64,000 nt of DNA from Chiloscyllium plagiosum (GCF_004010195.1 NC_057719.1:93077946-93141945), one strand, 5' to 3'; counted from the first letter of the stretch, positions 23,340 to 36,908 are shown. The notes: generated by a model from the letters alone, not told the origin. A program made the numbers and translations.

Positions 23340-24440
23340 CAACCATTTGGATACAGAACTGGCTCAAAGGTGGAAGACAAAGGGTGGTGGTAAAGGGTTG
23401 TTTTTAAGACTGGAGGACTGTGAACAGTGGAGTGCCACAAGAATCGGTTCACTACTTTTTATCAGTTTTATAAAAGATTTGGATGTGAACATTAGCGGTA
23501 GAGTTAGTAAGTTTCCAGATGACACCGAAATTGGAGATGTAGTGGTCAGCAAAGCAGGTTAGCTGATTTACAACGGGAGTTTGATCATATGGACCTTTGG
23601 GCTGAGGAAGCAGAGATGTAGTGTAATTTAGATAAATACGAGGTGCTGCATTTTGGGAAAGCAAATCTTAGCAGAACCTAGACAGTTAATGGTAAGGTGC
23701 TAGAGCGTTTTTCTTAAGAAAGAGACCTTGGAGTGCAGGTTCATAGCTCCTTGAAAGCAGGGTAGCAGAGAGATAAGGCAGTAAATGAGGCTGTTTCTTA
23801 TGGTTTCCTTTATTGGTCAGCGTATTGAGTACAGGAGTTGGGAGGCTAAGCTGTAGTTGTAAAGGACATTGATTAGGTCACTTTGGAATATCGTGTGCAA
23901 GTTTGGTCTCCTTCCAATCGAAAGGATGTTGTGAAACTTAAAAGGGTTCACAAAGGAGTTCGAGGATGTTGCCAGAGTTTGAGAATTTGAGCTATTGGGG
24001 AGAGTTTGAATAGGCTCGGGCTCTTTTCCCTTCTGCATCGCTGGCTGAGTGGTGATCTCATCGAGGTTTATGAAATCATGAGGGGCATGGATAGGGTAAT
24101 TAGACAAGGTATTTTCCCTGTGATGGGTTACTCCAAAACTAGAGGGCACACATTTAGGGTGAGAAGGAAAAAATGTAAAAGAGACCTAATAAGCAACTTT
24201 TGTTTCACACAGAAGTGAGTGCAGGTGTGGAATAGGCTGCCAAAGGAAGTTGTGGAAGCCAGCACAATTTCAACATTTAAAAGTCATCTGGATGGGTATA
24301 TGAATAGGAAGGGTTTTGAGGGATATGGGCCAGGTGCTGTATGGTGAGACTAGATTTAGTTGGGATAGCTGGTTGGTATGGACGAGTTGGACTGCAGCGT
24401 CTGTTTCCGTGTTGTATATCACCATGACTCTATCTATGAC
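23340..24440 (+). mobile_element. CR1 3' fragment
   Basis: SKFPDDTEIG, LEYRVQVWSP, RLGLFSL..GDLIEVY; ends in CTATGACT-like tail. Confidence 0.85.
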
Positions 24441-25789
24441 TCTACTTCCTCGGGTTCTATTTTCAGATTGCACCTCTAGTTTCTAACAGGGCCCACTCGT
24501 TCACTGGGAAAACACTTACTCTACTCATGTTTAAACAATACTTTGTTGCTTTTCCTTAATAGTGTCTGCTAAAGGTATTTCATGGTCATTGTTTGCCCCT
24601 CATTTTTAATAAAAAGAACCATTGCACTCTCTGTACTTTTTAAATGCTTTTCCTGTTTTTTTTTGACCAAATATCGCTTGAGCAGTATTTTCTAAACATG
24701 CTAACTTGGTCATTCACTCTTCACAGAACACACGGGCTCTGAATTCTCAGTGTATCTACAGACTCAACTGCCAGTCTTTCCTCCCAATCTATGCTTGCCA
24801 GATTCTGTCAAATGATAATGATAATGTCTCGTGATAGAGATAATCTTTTTCTGGTCGGCCTTACCCAAATTTGTGCACTGAATTTCTGCACTACCCTTAT
24901 CTGTTTCCATAATGACATGGAAACTTCGATCTGTAGTCATTACCCCCCGTCAAAACTACAAAAATCCTGATGCCCATCATTTTGTCCAGTACCTCTGCAT
25001 AACATGCCTACAATATCTTCCATCCCTTATCAATCTCTCCATCAGTGCACATTCGTCCAGCCTGTGCAGCACATTATATCACTGTAATCTTCTCGATTCG
25101 CGACAACATTGAATCCTGTCCTACAGCATCTCACCACATATAACCTTCCACCTTCACTTCACACCTTCCGATCTGTACAAAGCCCTACAGTCCCTGCAAC
25201 CTTTCCAGCCATCCCTCCATTTGTGTAACGTTATGAACCCTCCCTCTGTCTGTAACCTTTCTATATCTCTGTGACCTCCTTCTATCATTACAATAGCCCC
25301 GATCGCTACACTCCTCTCGTGACACCTGGTCTTCTTAACTCTGTGAACTCCTGCAGCCCCGAGAACCATTTATGTATTTATAAGCCCATCTTGTTTGTTA
25401 TGACAACTTCCAGTCCCTGCATCAGTCTCTGTGTGCAACTTCTGTCAATCTGAAGAATGCTTGCGTACACTTTAATCTCATACGCTATTTACAACCTCTT
25501 CTATTACAGAATTCTTACAGTTCAACAAATTTTGCAAACTCTGCCATTGCTTCGACAACCATACGGTGTGAGCCTGACATTAATCTGGGAACGTTATTAT
25601 ATGTATTTAAAAAAAACGATTAAAGCAATAAACAATAACTGGACTCTTACAGACAATGGAAGTTACATGAATTTAAAAAGAAAAACATTTTTGATGAATC
25701 TATTGGACTTTTTTGGTGTGGTTATAAATGGCAGAAAAGGAAAGGGTGCAGATTGGAAGGTTTTGAGTTTGTAGTTATTTAGAGTTTCG

Positions 25790-27240
25790 AAACTTTGAAC
25801 AAAGGATAAAGAATAACTAAGGAGACTAAAGGGTACCTTACAGATCAATGAGGCTGTCTATTTGTGGAACCACAGGAGATGCGGGGAACCTAAACAGAAA
25901 TTTTCTGTCAGTACTTAAATTGTGGAAAGTCCTGGAAGCTCAGGAACTTATGCAAATAAATATGATGTCTTGAAAAGAGTCCACATTAGAGCACAAGAGG
26001 CGCTGAAATGTTTTGAAATAGATTAACGTAGACAAAATCGTTGGACACTAATCAGGTACAACTCAGGAGGCTGTGGGAATCTAGGAAAGAGGTTGAGACC
26101 TGTCGAACAGAGATAATCGTATCATTGAGAGCCATAGCGAGATGCTGGAAGACTGGAGGGGAGGGTAATGATGTCCCATCACTTAAAGGCTGCCAGGAAA
26201 ACCGAGGAAACTAGAGGCCAGTGAGATAGACGTCAGTGATGGGTATGTTGTTGGAGGAAATTCTGAAAGACAGGATCTTCATGCATTCGGGATGATCAGG
26301 ACAGATTAGGGATAGCCAGCTTGGCTATGTGCTGGTTGAAATCATGTCTCACAAATCTCATTGAGTTTTGGAGGTGGCCAAAAGGTAGACGGAAGTCGGC
26401 TTTGTCTACATGAGCATAAGCAAGGCCTTCGACAAGGTTCTGCATGACAGTGTGTTTAATGAGGTTATCATGGATCACAGGGAGAGCAAGCCAACTAGAG
26501 AGTGTTGGCTATGTGGAATGCTTTGCCCCAGAGGGCAGTGGAGGCCCAGTCTCTGGATTCATTTAAGAAAGAGTAGGATAGAGCTCTCAAGGATAGTGGA
26601 ATCAAGGGTTATGGAGATAAGGCAGAAACAGGATACTGATTAAGGATGATCAGACATGATCATATTGAATGGTGGTGCAGACTCGAAGGGGAGAATGGAC
26701 TACTCCTGCATCTATTTTCTATTGTCTATTTTAAAAACGGCTTGAACGTAGAAGACAAAAGGTGGTGGGAGAGGTTTGTTTTTGTTTCGAATTGTAGGTA
26801 TGCGACCAACAATGTGCCACAAGCATCAGTGTTGGGTCGACTCTTGTCTGTCATCTATGTAATCTGTTAGGATGAGATTACAGGAGAAATGGTTCGGTAG
26901 TTTGTGGGTGACACTAAAATTGGTGATATCGTGGACAGTGAAGAAGGTTTTATAGGGGTGCAACGGGATCTTGATCAGTTGAGCCTGTGGACTGAAGAAT
27001 AGCAGATGAAGTTCAATTAAGATACATGTGATATAATGTACTTTGGACAGAAAAACCATGGAAGAAATTAAATACTTAATGATCTGCCAGTAGCTAGTGT
27101 TCTCAGATACAGAGATCTAGAGGTGCATGCACACAGGGTGGTAAAGAAGGAGTTACACACGCTAGTTCCCATTGTTCAGAGCATTGAGATTAGGAGGTGG
27201 GTCATCATGTTGTGGTTGGATAGGTCATTTGTCTGGCAAC
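25790..27240 (+). mobile_element. Degraded CR1 RT fragment with a nested CR1 3' end (~26500-26730)
   Basis: SKAFDKV, VPQASVLG; nested 3' end finishing CTATTGTCTATT. Confidence 0.7.
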
Positions 27241-29789
27241 CATAAATGCATTGTAAATTATTCATAAAAGTTTACCTGGTTTTCGTATGTGCTTAACGGA
27301 GGGACATCTGACATTTGTACCTGTTTTTCTCCACATGTGACTGTAGACTCACAGTCATATGGTTGACTCTGTCTGCGTCCATGCAATCAGCATTGAATGC
27401 AATGGATGCTGGCCCAGGTGGTGACACCGTAATCCCATTACTGAAGAAATAAAAATAGGTGATTACTTCCCTACTTCTACAAACACCTTAAGCTGCAACA
27501 ATTCATACTGGCTTTGTAATACCACTCAGGCTCTTCCCACTCTCCATAACGCTCTCATCACCTACAACACCTTGAACGCTCCCTGTTCCGATCATTCTGA
27601 AAATGTTTCCTCTGCCTCCTGCACTCCTTCTGCAAGGAGATTCCTTGCAGTCCCTTTAACAGCTGCTTCCATTTTATGGTAGCCCGTTGTCTGTTCCTAA
27701 AACAGATTTTTCTTCAAAATTATCAAGGTTGTTTTTCATGTGTTCGTCTCAGTGTCTCGTCATGAAATGTGATCCTTTCCGATCTGAGTGAAGCACAAGT
27801 GGGAATTTCTCGCTGAGGTGTTATCTGTTTCTGTGCAATATTCTTTTGTTGAATATTTTACACTATTCCTTCAAATGTTTTCCGTTATTTACTTACAGCC
27901 AGACATGCCTGTCTGTTTCCTTTGTTTACCTTTGTCAGTTATTAACCTCATAAAATTGACTTTCTTTCTGTTTGTGAATGCAGCTTGTCCATTGCGTGGT
28001 CACTTCAAAACTTCCTCAACCCTTTGCAGATCACCAAAGCACACTTTCCCGGAGGATCTCTACATTCGACTGTACTTATTCTCTTCGCTTCATCACACAA
28101 CGGTTACATCCCTCGTCAGTTCACAATGTGATTTGTAAAGAAACACTGACAAAAACATTCTCCGAACTCCACTTCGAATATCACTGTTGCCTTTGTGACT
28201 ATCCCAGATTATATGGAGATTGAACTCTCCTATGATAATCATAATATCTTTGTGACACATTGCAATGAATCCCTGTAAAATGCAGTGATCAGCAATACAA
28301 TGCTGTTAGGCAACTGAAAAAAAAACTCCTCTCCCATTTGTGTTTTTGATAATTACTGCTCAGAACTTGTATTCGTACTGAGTTTACTTCAAAATATGAG
28401 GCCAAATGCATGATCTATAATTCCTTTGTTATCCATTGCTGCCAGGGTTGTCCATCATGCTTTCCGTTTCTGCTTGTTGTGTCCTGTACAATGTTTAAGT
28501 TCCAACTTTTGCTCAGTCTGTAACCACGTCTCTCTGGTGACTAAATCTCAGTTGTATCTGTGTCACATGTCCATCTATCTTATTACTGATACTTCGTCCA
28601 TTTGCAAAGAAAAACTTTACTTTTTACCATTACTTTTCATAAACCTGTTCACTGATGCATAGTTAAGTTAAAGCTGTCCCTTTCTGTTCCTTTCTACTTG
28701 TCGTCAGTCACATCCACGTACTGTTGCGATGTTTCACCTTTTGTCTTTGGATTAGGAAAGCTCCTTCCACCTGAATCCAGCCCCTGCATGCTCTCTGTCA
28801 GTTTAAGGCACTGTCTATAAACATTCGGGTTTGATTGGCCAGGGCACTGGTTCAGCATGGTTCCAGTAATTTTAGTAAAATTTGAATCCTGAGATTTGGC
28901 TGTCTCTGGCTGGCCAGCATTTATTGCCGATCCTGAGCTGCCCTTTAACTGAGTGACTTGTCCATCTACATTTCTGTGGATCTAGCGTCATATGGAGGTC
29001 AGACTAAGGGGGAATGGCAGATTTCTTTCTCTGAAGCATGTTAGATAATCAAATGACTATTTCTACCATCGGAATTGGTTTCTGCATGAAGAGTCTGGAG
29101 AGAGTAACATCAGGTCATCACCTGTGCCTCTCATAGTTCGCTCATCCCTGAGTGCTGATACCAGTGCACAATGAATCAAAATCCCTTCTTCCTGATCATT
29201 GTTCGATCCTAACACCTTCCTGAACTCTGGTGGTATTACCCAGTATCTTTCCATTTGGTATCTGTCACTGTGTGGGTCTAATTGATGCCTCTGTCGGCGC
29301 CATTCTTTCTTGCACCGACTATGGATTCTGGAGCTAACAGAATTCTCCATTCGAGAGAGCAGAGGATGCAAGGGTCATGGATAGAGACTGGGCATTTCCA
29401 AGTGTTTATGCTACCCTGTGCCATTCTGGATGTGTAATCCTCGCCGAAACGGACTATTTTCCCAGTCTGTCTATTTTTCTGTTCCTTGCAGATACTCAAG
29501 GAGTTCCTGACTCAGCAGAATTCCCGACTTCTTTCTCGTCCATCGCCATATTGAAAATGGATGGTCAGCCAGAGAGACTATGGGCAGAAAGATTTGGTGC
29601 CTTGAATAAATGCTGCAGTGAGGCAAGATCACTCAAAGCCAACAGAGCAGAGAGCAATTTGAGAGTTAAAAACATCAAACCACAAGACATGACATAAACA
29701 CAATGTTGAAGGGGAACACAGTGCATTAAGTCCCCAGGCTCAATCATCACCCTCTAGCGAGAGGATTACTTTTAGCTCTGTTGTTCTGA

Positions 29790-30245
29790 GCCTTCCTGAG
29801 ACGACACAGGTAGATAACTAGTCACCACAATCAACATCAACTAGCCACAAAAAGACATGACCATCTCTCACTTGTATCCTCACATACAGATGATGAAGAA
29901 CATCACTTCGGCTGGGACAACGCATTCATTTTAGGATAAGCCAAACGAAAACACGCATGAGAATTTCTGGAAGAATGGGATTCCAACTGAAACTTCATCA
30001 ACAAACACATCGAGTTAGACCCCATCTACCACTCCCTGAGGAAAGGAACAAGAAGTGACTTTACCACAGGAAATAACTTCATCACAGAAAATGACATCGC
30101 CAACCCAAAGAAACCCAAACACATGAATAGAACGCAGGAAATTTCAGCAGTGCTTTGCCTGAGGCCCACCGAAGATGTTACCTAGTAGGTTTACGAAACG
30201 TCCAGAAATGAAACTTCCAGCTCAGCGAGCAAACCTTCATCCACA
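29790..30245 (+). mobile_element. Penelope/Poseidon-type GIY-YIG 3' end with hammerhead motif
   Basis: HQLATKRHDHLSLVSSH..HHFGWDN..EFLE...INKHIELDPIY; CCGAAGA-GTTACC..GGTTTAC-GAAACGTC at ~30169-30202. Confidence 0.75.
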
Positions 30246-30289
30246 ACTCCTCCAATAAGGCTCATGCTTCCTATGTCTGCAATCTCCCT

Positions 30290-32910
30290 CAGTCATACCC
30301 AGTGGCGCTATTTCTGTAAACCCCACCTGACACTCTCACTTTCACTATTCCTGTAACCTTCTCCAACGTCCACATCTCGGTTAGCTACTCCAGTCACTCC
30401 CATTGTCTCTACCACTGAAACCTTATCCAGTTACTGCTACCGTTCCTTTCTGTGTAACCTCACTAAATCACTCCCACTGTGCCTATCTCTGTAACTTCTT
30501 TTCTGTCATTCCCACAGTCCCAGCTCCGTAACCTTCTCCAGTCATTCCCACCGTCCCTAATTCTGTAATCACCTACATTAACTCACAACCTCCCTATTTC
30601 TGTAACCCTCTCCAGACACTCCCACTGTCCTTACCTCCATAACCCTCCCAGTCACTCCTAACCGCCCTATCACTGTAAACTTCTCCAGTCATCCAAACCT
30701 CCCTATTGCTGTAACCTTCTCCACTAACTCCCTCCATCCTTATCTCTGTTAACTCTCCCAGTCGCTCATAACTTCGCTGTCGCTGTAAACTCCTCCAGTC
30801 ATTCCACACTCCCTCTCTCTGTAGTCTCCTCTATTCGTTCCCACCGTCCTTATCTCTGTAAACCCCTTCAGCTATTACACCATCCCTATCTCTGTGATCT
30901 CTGCAGTCACTCCCGAACTCCCTACCTCTGTAAACTACTCCAGTCATCCCAAACTTCTTAATTCTGTAACTTCCTCCAGTCTCCCCAAACTTCCCTATCT
31001 CCGTAATCTCCTCCAGTCACTCACGCCATCCCTATCTCTGTAATCTCCTATGTTCACTACTAACGTCGCAATCTCTGCAACCTCCTCCAATTGTTCATAT
31101 CATCCCTATCTTTGTAGCCGACTCCAATAACTCGTGCTGTCTATTTCTCTGTAACCTCCCACAATCACTCCCACTCTCCCTATGTCTGTACCTTCATCAT
31201 TCGCTCTCAACCTCCCTATCTCTGTAAACACCTCCTGTCGGTGCCAACCGCTCCTGATCTCTGTAAGTTCCCCAATCACTCCCGCAGTCCCTATCTCTGT
31301 AAACTTCCCCAGTCACATCCCCTCTCCTTACCTCTGTAAACTCCTCCAGTCACTCCCAAACGTCTTATTGATGTAACCGTCTCCAGTTGCTCCAACTGTC
31401 CCTATTTTGTAACTTCCTCTTGTCACACCCAGTGTCCTTATCTTTACAATCTCTTCCAATACCTCTCACCCTTCCTATCTCTGTAACTTCCTCCAGTCGC
31501 AACCAGTGGATCTATCAGTGTAACCTCTTTCTGACACTCCCACTGTCCCTATTCCTGTAACCTCCTGCCGTAGCTCTCAATCACCCTATCTCTGTAACCT
31601 CCTCGAGCAACTTTCACAGCCCTTATCTCTGTAAACTTCTCCAGTCACTCACAACTTCCCTATCTCTGTAACCACATCCAGTCATCGCACCCTCCCTCTC
31701 TCTTTAATCTCCTCCAGTCATTCCCATCGTCCCTTTGTCTGCAAATTCCTCCAGTCATCCCATCGTCCTTAGCTCTGTAATCTCCTCCAGTCATTCCTGA
31801 ACTCCCTATCTCTGTAAGCTTCTTCAGTCATCCCAAAATCTCTAACTTTGTAACCTCCTCCAGTCACTCCCAAATTCCCTGTCTCTGTAATCTCCTCCAG
31901 TCGTTCTTCCATCCCAATCTCTGTAACCTCCTCCAGTCATTCCACCATCCCTATCTCTGTAATCTCCCCAATTACTCCCGAACTCCTATCTCTGTAACCG
32001 TTCCAGTCAACCCAAACTCTTGAAATCTGTAACCTCCCCCAGTCACTCTAACATTCCCAATCTCCGTAATCACCCCAGTCACTTCCACTGTCCCTACCTC
32101 TATAAACTACTCCAGCCGCTCCTACTTTCCCTATCTATGTAGCCCCCTCCTGTCACTCCAACTTCCCCTACCTCTGTAACCTCCTCCTGTCACTCCTACA
32201 ATCCCTTTCTCTTTAAACTCTTCCAATCACTCCCAACCCTCCTCTCTCTGTAACCTCCACGAGTCACTCCCACAGTCCCGATCTCTGGAAGCAACTCCTG
32301 TCACTACCGCCCTCCTTATTTCAGTAACCTTTTCCAGACATTCCACAGTCCCAATCTCTGCAAACTCCCCACTCACTCCCAAACTCGCTATCTCTGTAAC
32401 CTCGGCCATTCATCCAACCCTCCATATCTATGTAACCTCCTCCAGTCACTCCCAACCTCCCTATCTCTGTAACCTCCACATGTCACTCCCACATTCCTGA
32501 TCTCCGTAACCAACATCTATCACTCCCAACGTCCTTATCTCTGTAACTACAACCAATCACTCACACCCTCCCTCTCTTTTAGCCCCTCCAGATATCCCAC
32601 CATCCAAATCTCTGTAACCTCTCAGTCTCTCCCAGCCTCCCTATCTCTGTAACAGCAACCATTCATCCCATCCATCCTATTTGTGTAACTTCCTCCACTC
32701 TCAATCAACATCCTTTTTTTGTAATCTCCACCAGTCACTCTCACCGTCCAGATATATGTAATCACCTCCAGTCACTCTCACCCTCTCTGTCTTTGTAATC
32801 TCCTCAAGTGGCTCCATACTTCTTTATCTCTGTAAGCACCTCCAGTGAGTTTCACTGTCCCTATCTCTGTCACCTCATACAGTCACTCCAAAACTCCCTG
32901 CCTCTATACC
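30290..32910. repeat. ~36-bp pyrimidine-rich satellite B (CCCTATCTCTGTAACCTCCTCCAGTCACTCCCA..)
   Basis: CTGTAA recurs at ~35-36-bp spacing (31921, 31957). Confidence 0.92.
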
Positions 32911-33759
32911 CTCACAGTTTATTATCAGTACCACGTATTAGCGAGGCGAGGAGAAAGGAAATAAATTAATTGATCACATGGCTACAGGGATGGTGCCGGA
33001 GGGAGGGATTCAGATACCTGGGTAATTGGGGCACATTCTGCGAAACCCTGCAAATGGAATGGTCCTGAACGAGAGGACCCCAATATCCTGACAGTTGAAA
33101 AGTGCGAATGCTCTGACGCGGTGTTTAAATTAATTCACCAGGGGACTGAAACCTAAACTGTAGTTCCAATATCCAGAATGTTGAGGGAAGTGAGGCCATG
33201 AATAATGTTACCGGGTTTTACAGGCAGGAAGGAAGGTGGTTGGAAGTGTGTGTACTTCAACACCAGGAACATTCAGTATAAGGTCGGTGAATGTGCAGCA
33301 TAAGTTAATACCTCAGACTTCGATGTTGAGGCCATTTTGGAGACATGTATAGAGCAGGGACAGGAATAGCTGCTAAAGGTTCAGGCGTTTAGATATTTCG
33401 GTCACATCAAGGAATGTGGTAAAACAGGTGGATGTGTGGTATCATCACTCAAGGGCATTATTATGGTGACTGGAAGGTCGTCTGCTGAGGATTCATCTAC
33501 TAAGTAAATATGAGCTGAAGTTAGAAACAGGAAAGGAGAGGTCACTCTGTTGTGAGTTTTCTATAGGTCTCCGAAAAGTTCCAGATATGTCGGGGAAAGG
33601 ATTGCAAAGACTATTCCAGAGCAAAAAGTAACAGGGTAATTGATACTTGTGGCTTTAACTTTCAAATGTTGACCAGAAATGCGATAGTTCAAGCACTTTA
33701 GATGGATCCGTTTTTCTCCAATGGGTGCAGGAGGGGTTCCTGACACAATATGCAGATGG

Positions 33760-35376
33760 AGGGTGGGGGTGGGGAGAAAGTAGCATAGAGTACAATAGGT
33801 GAGTGGGGGAGGAGATGAGGGTGATAGGTCAGGGAAGAGAGGGTGGAGTGGTTAGGTGGAAAAGGAGCTAGGCAGGTCGGACANNNNNNTGTTGGGCCAC
33901 GGGGCGGTTTGGTTGATTGGTGCGGGTGTCCCGGAGATGTTCCCTAAAGCGCTCTGCTAGGAGGCGCCCAGTCTCCCCAATGTAGAGGAGACTGCATCAG
34001 GAGCAACGGATACAATAAATGATATTAGTGGATGTACAGGTAAAACTTTGATTGATGTGGAAGGCTCCTTTAGGGCCTTGGATAGAGGTGAGGGAGGAGG
34101 TGTAGTCACGGAGGGAACGGTCTTTGCGGAAGGCGGAAAGGGGTGGGGAGGGAAATATATCCCTGGTGGTGGGGTCTTTTTGGAGGTGGCGGAAATGTCG
34201 GCGGATGATTTGGTTTATACGGAGGTTTGTAGGGTGGAAGGTGAGCACCAGGGGCGTTCTGTCCTTGTTACGGTTGGAGGGTTGGGGTCTGAGGACGGAG
34301 GTGCGGGATGTGGACGAGATGCGTTGGAGGGCATCTTTAACCATGTGGGAAGGGATATTGCAGTCTTTAAAGAAGGAGGCCATCTGTTGTGTTCTATGGT
34401 GGAAGTGGTCCTTCTGGGAGCAGATACGGCAGAGGCGGAGGAATTGGGAATACGGGATGGCATTTTTGCAAGAGATAGGGTGGGAATAGGTGTAATCCAG
34501 GTTACACCTATTCCCTCACCACCCCTTTCCGCCTTCCACAAAGACCGTTCCCTCCGTGACTACCTGGTCAGGTCCACGCCCCCCTATGACCCACCTTCCC
34601 ATCCTGGCCTTTTCCCCTGCCACTGCAGGAACTGTAAAATCTGTGCCCACACCTCCTCCCTCACCTCTATCCAAGGCCCTAAAGGAGCCTTCCATCAAAG
34701 TTTTACCTGCACAGCCACTCATATCATTTATTGTATCCATTGCTCCCGATGCGGTCTCCTCTACATTGGGGAGGCTGGGCGCCTCCTAGCAGAACGCTTT
34801 AGGGAACATCTCCAAGACACCCGCACCAATCAACCAAACCGCCCCGTGGCCCAAGATTTCAACTCCCCCTCCCACTTTGCCGGGGACATGGAGGTCCTGG
34901 GCCTCCTTCACCGCCGCTCCCTCACCACCAGACGCCTGGAGGAAGAACGCCTCATTTTCCGCCTCGGAACACTTCAATCCCAGGGCATCAATGTGGACCT
35001 CAACAGCTTCCTCATTTCCCCTTCCCCCACCTCATCCTAGTTCAAACTTCCAGCCCGCACTGTCCCCTTGACCTGTCCAGACTTGTCCGACCTGCCTAGC
35101 TCCTTTTCCACCTATCCACTCCATCCTCTCCTCCCCGACCTATCACCTTCATCTCCTCCCCCACTCACCTATTGTACTCTATGCTACTTTCTTCCCAACT
35201 CCACCCTCCTCTAGCTTATCTCTCCATGCTTCAGGCTCTCTGCCTTCATTCCTGATGAAGGGCTTTTGCCCGAAACGTCGATTTTGCTGCTCGTCGGATG
35301 TTGCCTGAATTGTTGTGCTCTTCCAGCACCACTGATCCAGAATCTTGTTTCCAGCATCTGCAGTCATTGTTTTTAC
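33760..35376. mobile_element. Neptune-type Penelope-like element, inverted (fold-back) structure, 16-bp TSD
   Basis: Minus-strand arm 33760-~34490 and plus-strand arm ~34510-35376; Cys linker FPCHCRNCKIC, GIY-YIG IIYCIHCSRCGLLYIGE; CACAATATGCAGATGG at 33744-33759 and 35377-35392. Confidence 0.9.
35245..35285 (+). ncRNA. Minimal type I hammerhead ribozyme in the Penelope terminal repeat
   Basis: CTGATGA-A-GGGC TTTT GCCC-GAAA-CGTC: conserved core, 4-bp helix II, palindromic ACGT helix III, GTC cleavage triplet. Confidence 0.8.
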
Positions 35377-36660
35377 CACAATATGCAGATGGCCCTACAA
35401 GAGAGGAGGCCACATTGGATTTAAGTGCTGGCAATGAAATTGGCCAGGTGTTAGATTTGTAGGTAGATGAGCAGTTTGGTGATAGTGACCACAATTCGGT
35501 TACATTTCCTTAAGCAATAGAAAAGAACAGGTATATACCACAATTTATAGCTGGGAAAGGCAAGTATGATGTGATTTGATGAGATTTGGATACATAGGAT
35601 GGGGAAGGAAACTGCAGGAGATGCGTACAATTGACGTTCCGAGCTGTTTCAAGGAACAGCTACTGCGTGTCCTTGAGAAGTATGTACATCTCAGGCAGGG
35701 AGGAAGTGGTCGAGCGAGGGAACCATGGTTAACTAAAGAAGTTGATTTGTTTGTCAAGTGGAAGAATGAGACTGATATAAAAATGTGACATGAAGGCTCA
35801 CTTAGGGAGCGTGGGAGTTACATTTTTGTCATGAAGGACGTAAGGCGAGAGCTAACAAGAGCCAGAAGGGGGCATGCGAAGTCACTGGCAAGCAGGGTCA
35901 AGGAAAATGATAAAGCTGTCTCTTGATATGTTACGAATAAAAGAATGATGAGAGTAAGATGAGGGCCAAACAAGGATAGTAGTGGGAATTTGTAGGTGAG
36001 TCGCTGAATGAATATATTTGTCAGTGTTTACACAGGAAAAGACAATGTTGTCGAGGAGAATACTGAGATACAGGATATTAGACTAGAAGGGATTGACGTT
36101 CACACGGGAAAGGTGTTAGACATTGTAGAAAGTGTGAAAATGCATACGTTCCCTGGGCCGGATGGGATTTATCCAGGGATTTTCTGGGAATTCAGGGGCG
36201 AGATTGCTGAGCTTGTGACTTTGATCATTGTGTCATCATTTTCTACAGGAATAGTGCCGAAATGCTGCAGAATAGCAAATATTACCACATTGTTCAAGAA
36301 GGGCTTTAGAGACAACCCTCGTAATTATCGTGAGCCTTACTTCGGTTGTGGGTAAAGTGTTGGAAAAGGTTAGAAGAGATAGGATTTCTAATAATCTGGA
36401 GAGAACTCATTTGATTAGGGATAGACAACGCGGTTTTCTAAAGTGTAGATCGTGCCTCAGAGGTAGTTTCTTTACTCAGAGGGTAGTAAGGGCGTGGAAT
36501 GCCCTGCCTGCAACAGTAGAGAACCCACAAACTTTAAGGCCATTAAAATGATCATTAAATATTTATGCATATAAAATTAGTTTAGGATAGTTGGGCCTCA
36601 GATTGGTTACACAGCATAACGCAAAATCGAGTGCCAAAGGGTGTGTACCTTGCTGTAATA

Positions 36661-36908
36661 TTAGATTAGATTACATTACAGTGTGGAAACAGGCCCTTCG
36701 CCCCAACCAGTCCACACCGACCCGCCGAAGCGCAACCCACCCATATCCCTACATTTAACCCTTACCTAACACTAGGTGGCAATTTAATATGGCCAATTCA
36801 CCTGACCTGCACATCTTTGGACTGTGTGAGGTAACCGGAGCATCCGGAGGAAACCCACGCAGACACAGGGAGAATGTGCAAACTCCACACAGTCAGACGC
36901 CTGAGGCA
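36661..36908 (-). mobile_element. HE1-type V-SINE (5'-truncated)
   Basis: Reverse complement of the V-domain and tail seen at 21283-21605. Confidence 0.88.

Larger units (their letters stand above)
32940..36660 (+). mobile_element. Degraded CR1 (ORF1 end, APE, partial RT, 3' end) split by a Penelope insertion
   Basis: CVYFNTRNI, FYRSP, QEGFLTQYA|DGPTREEATLDL, SDHN, PGPDGIYP. Confidence 0.8.

Noticed and set aside
29060..29760. Possible Gypsy integrase C-terminal remnant
   Set aside because: Only a weak WRRQRHQL resemblance; too little to call.
34048..35040. 330-aa ORF as a real gene
   Set aside because: The first half is antisense Penelope sequence across the inversion; only the second half is GIY-YIG.
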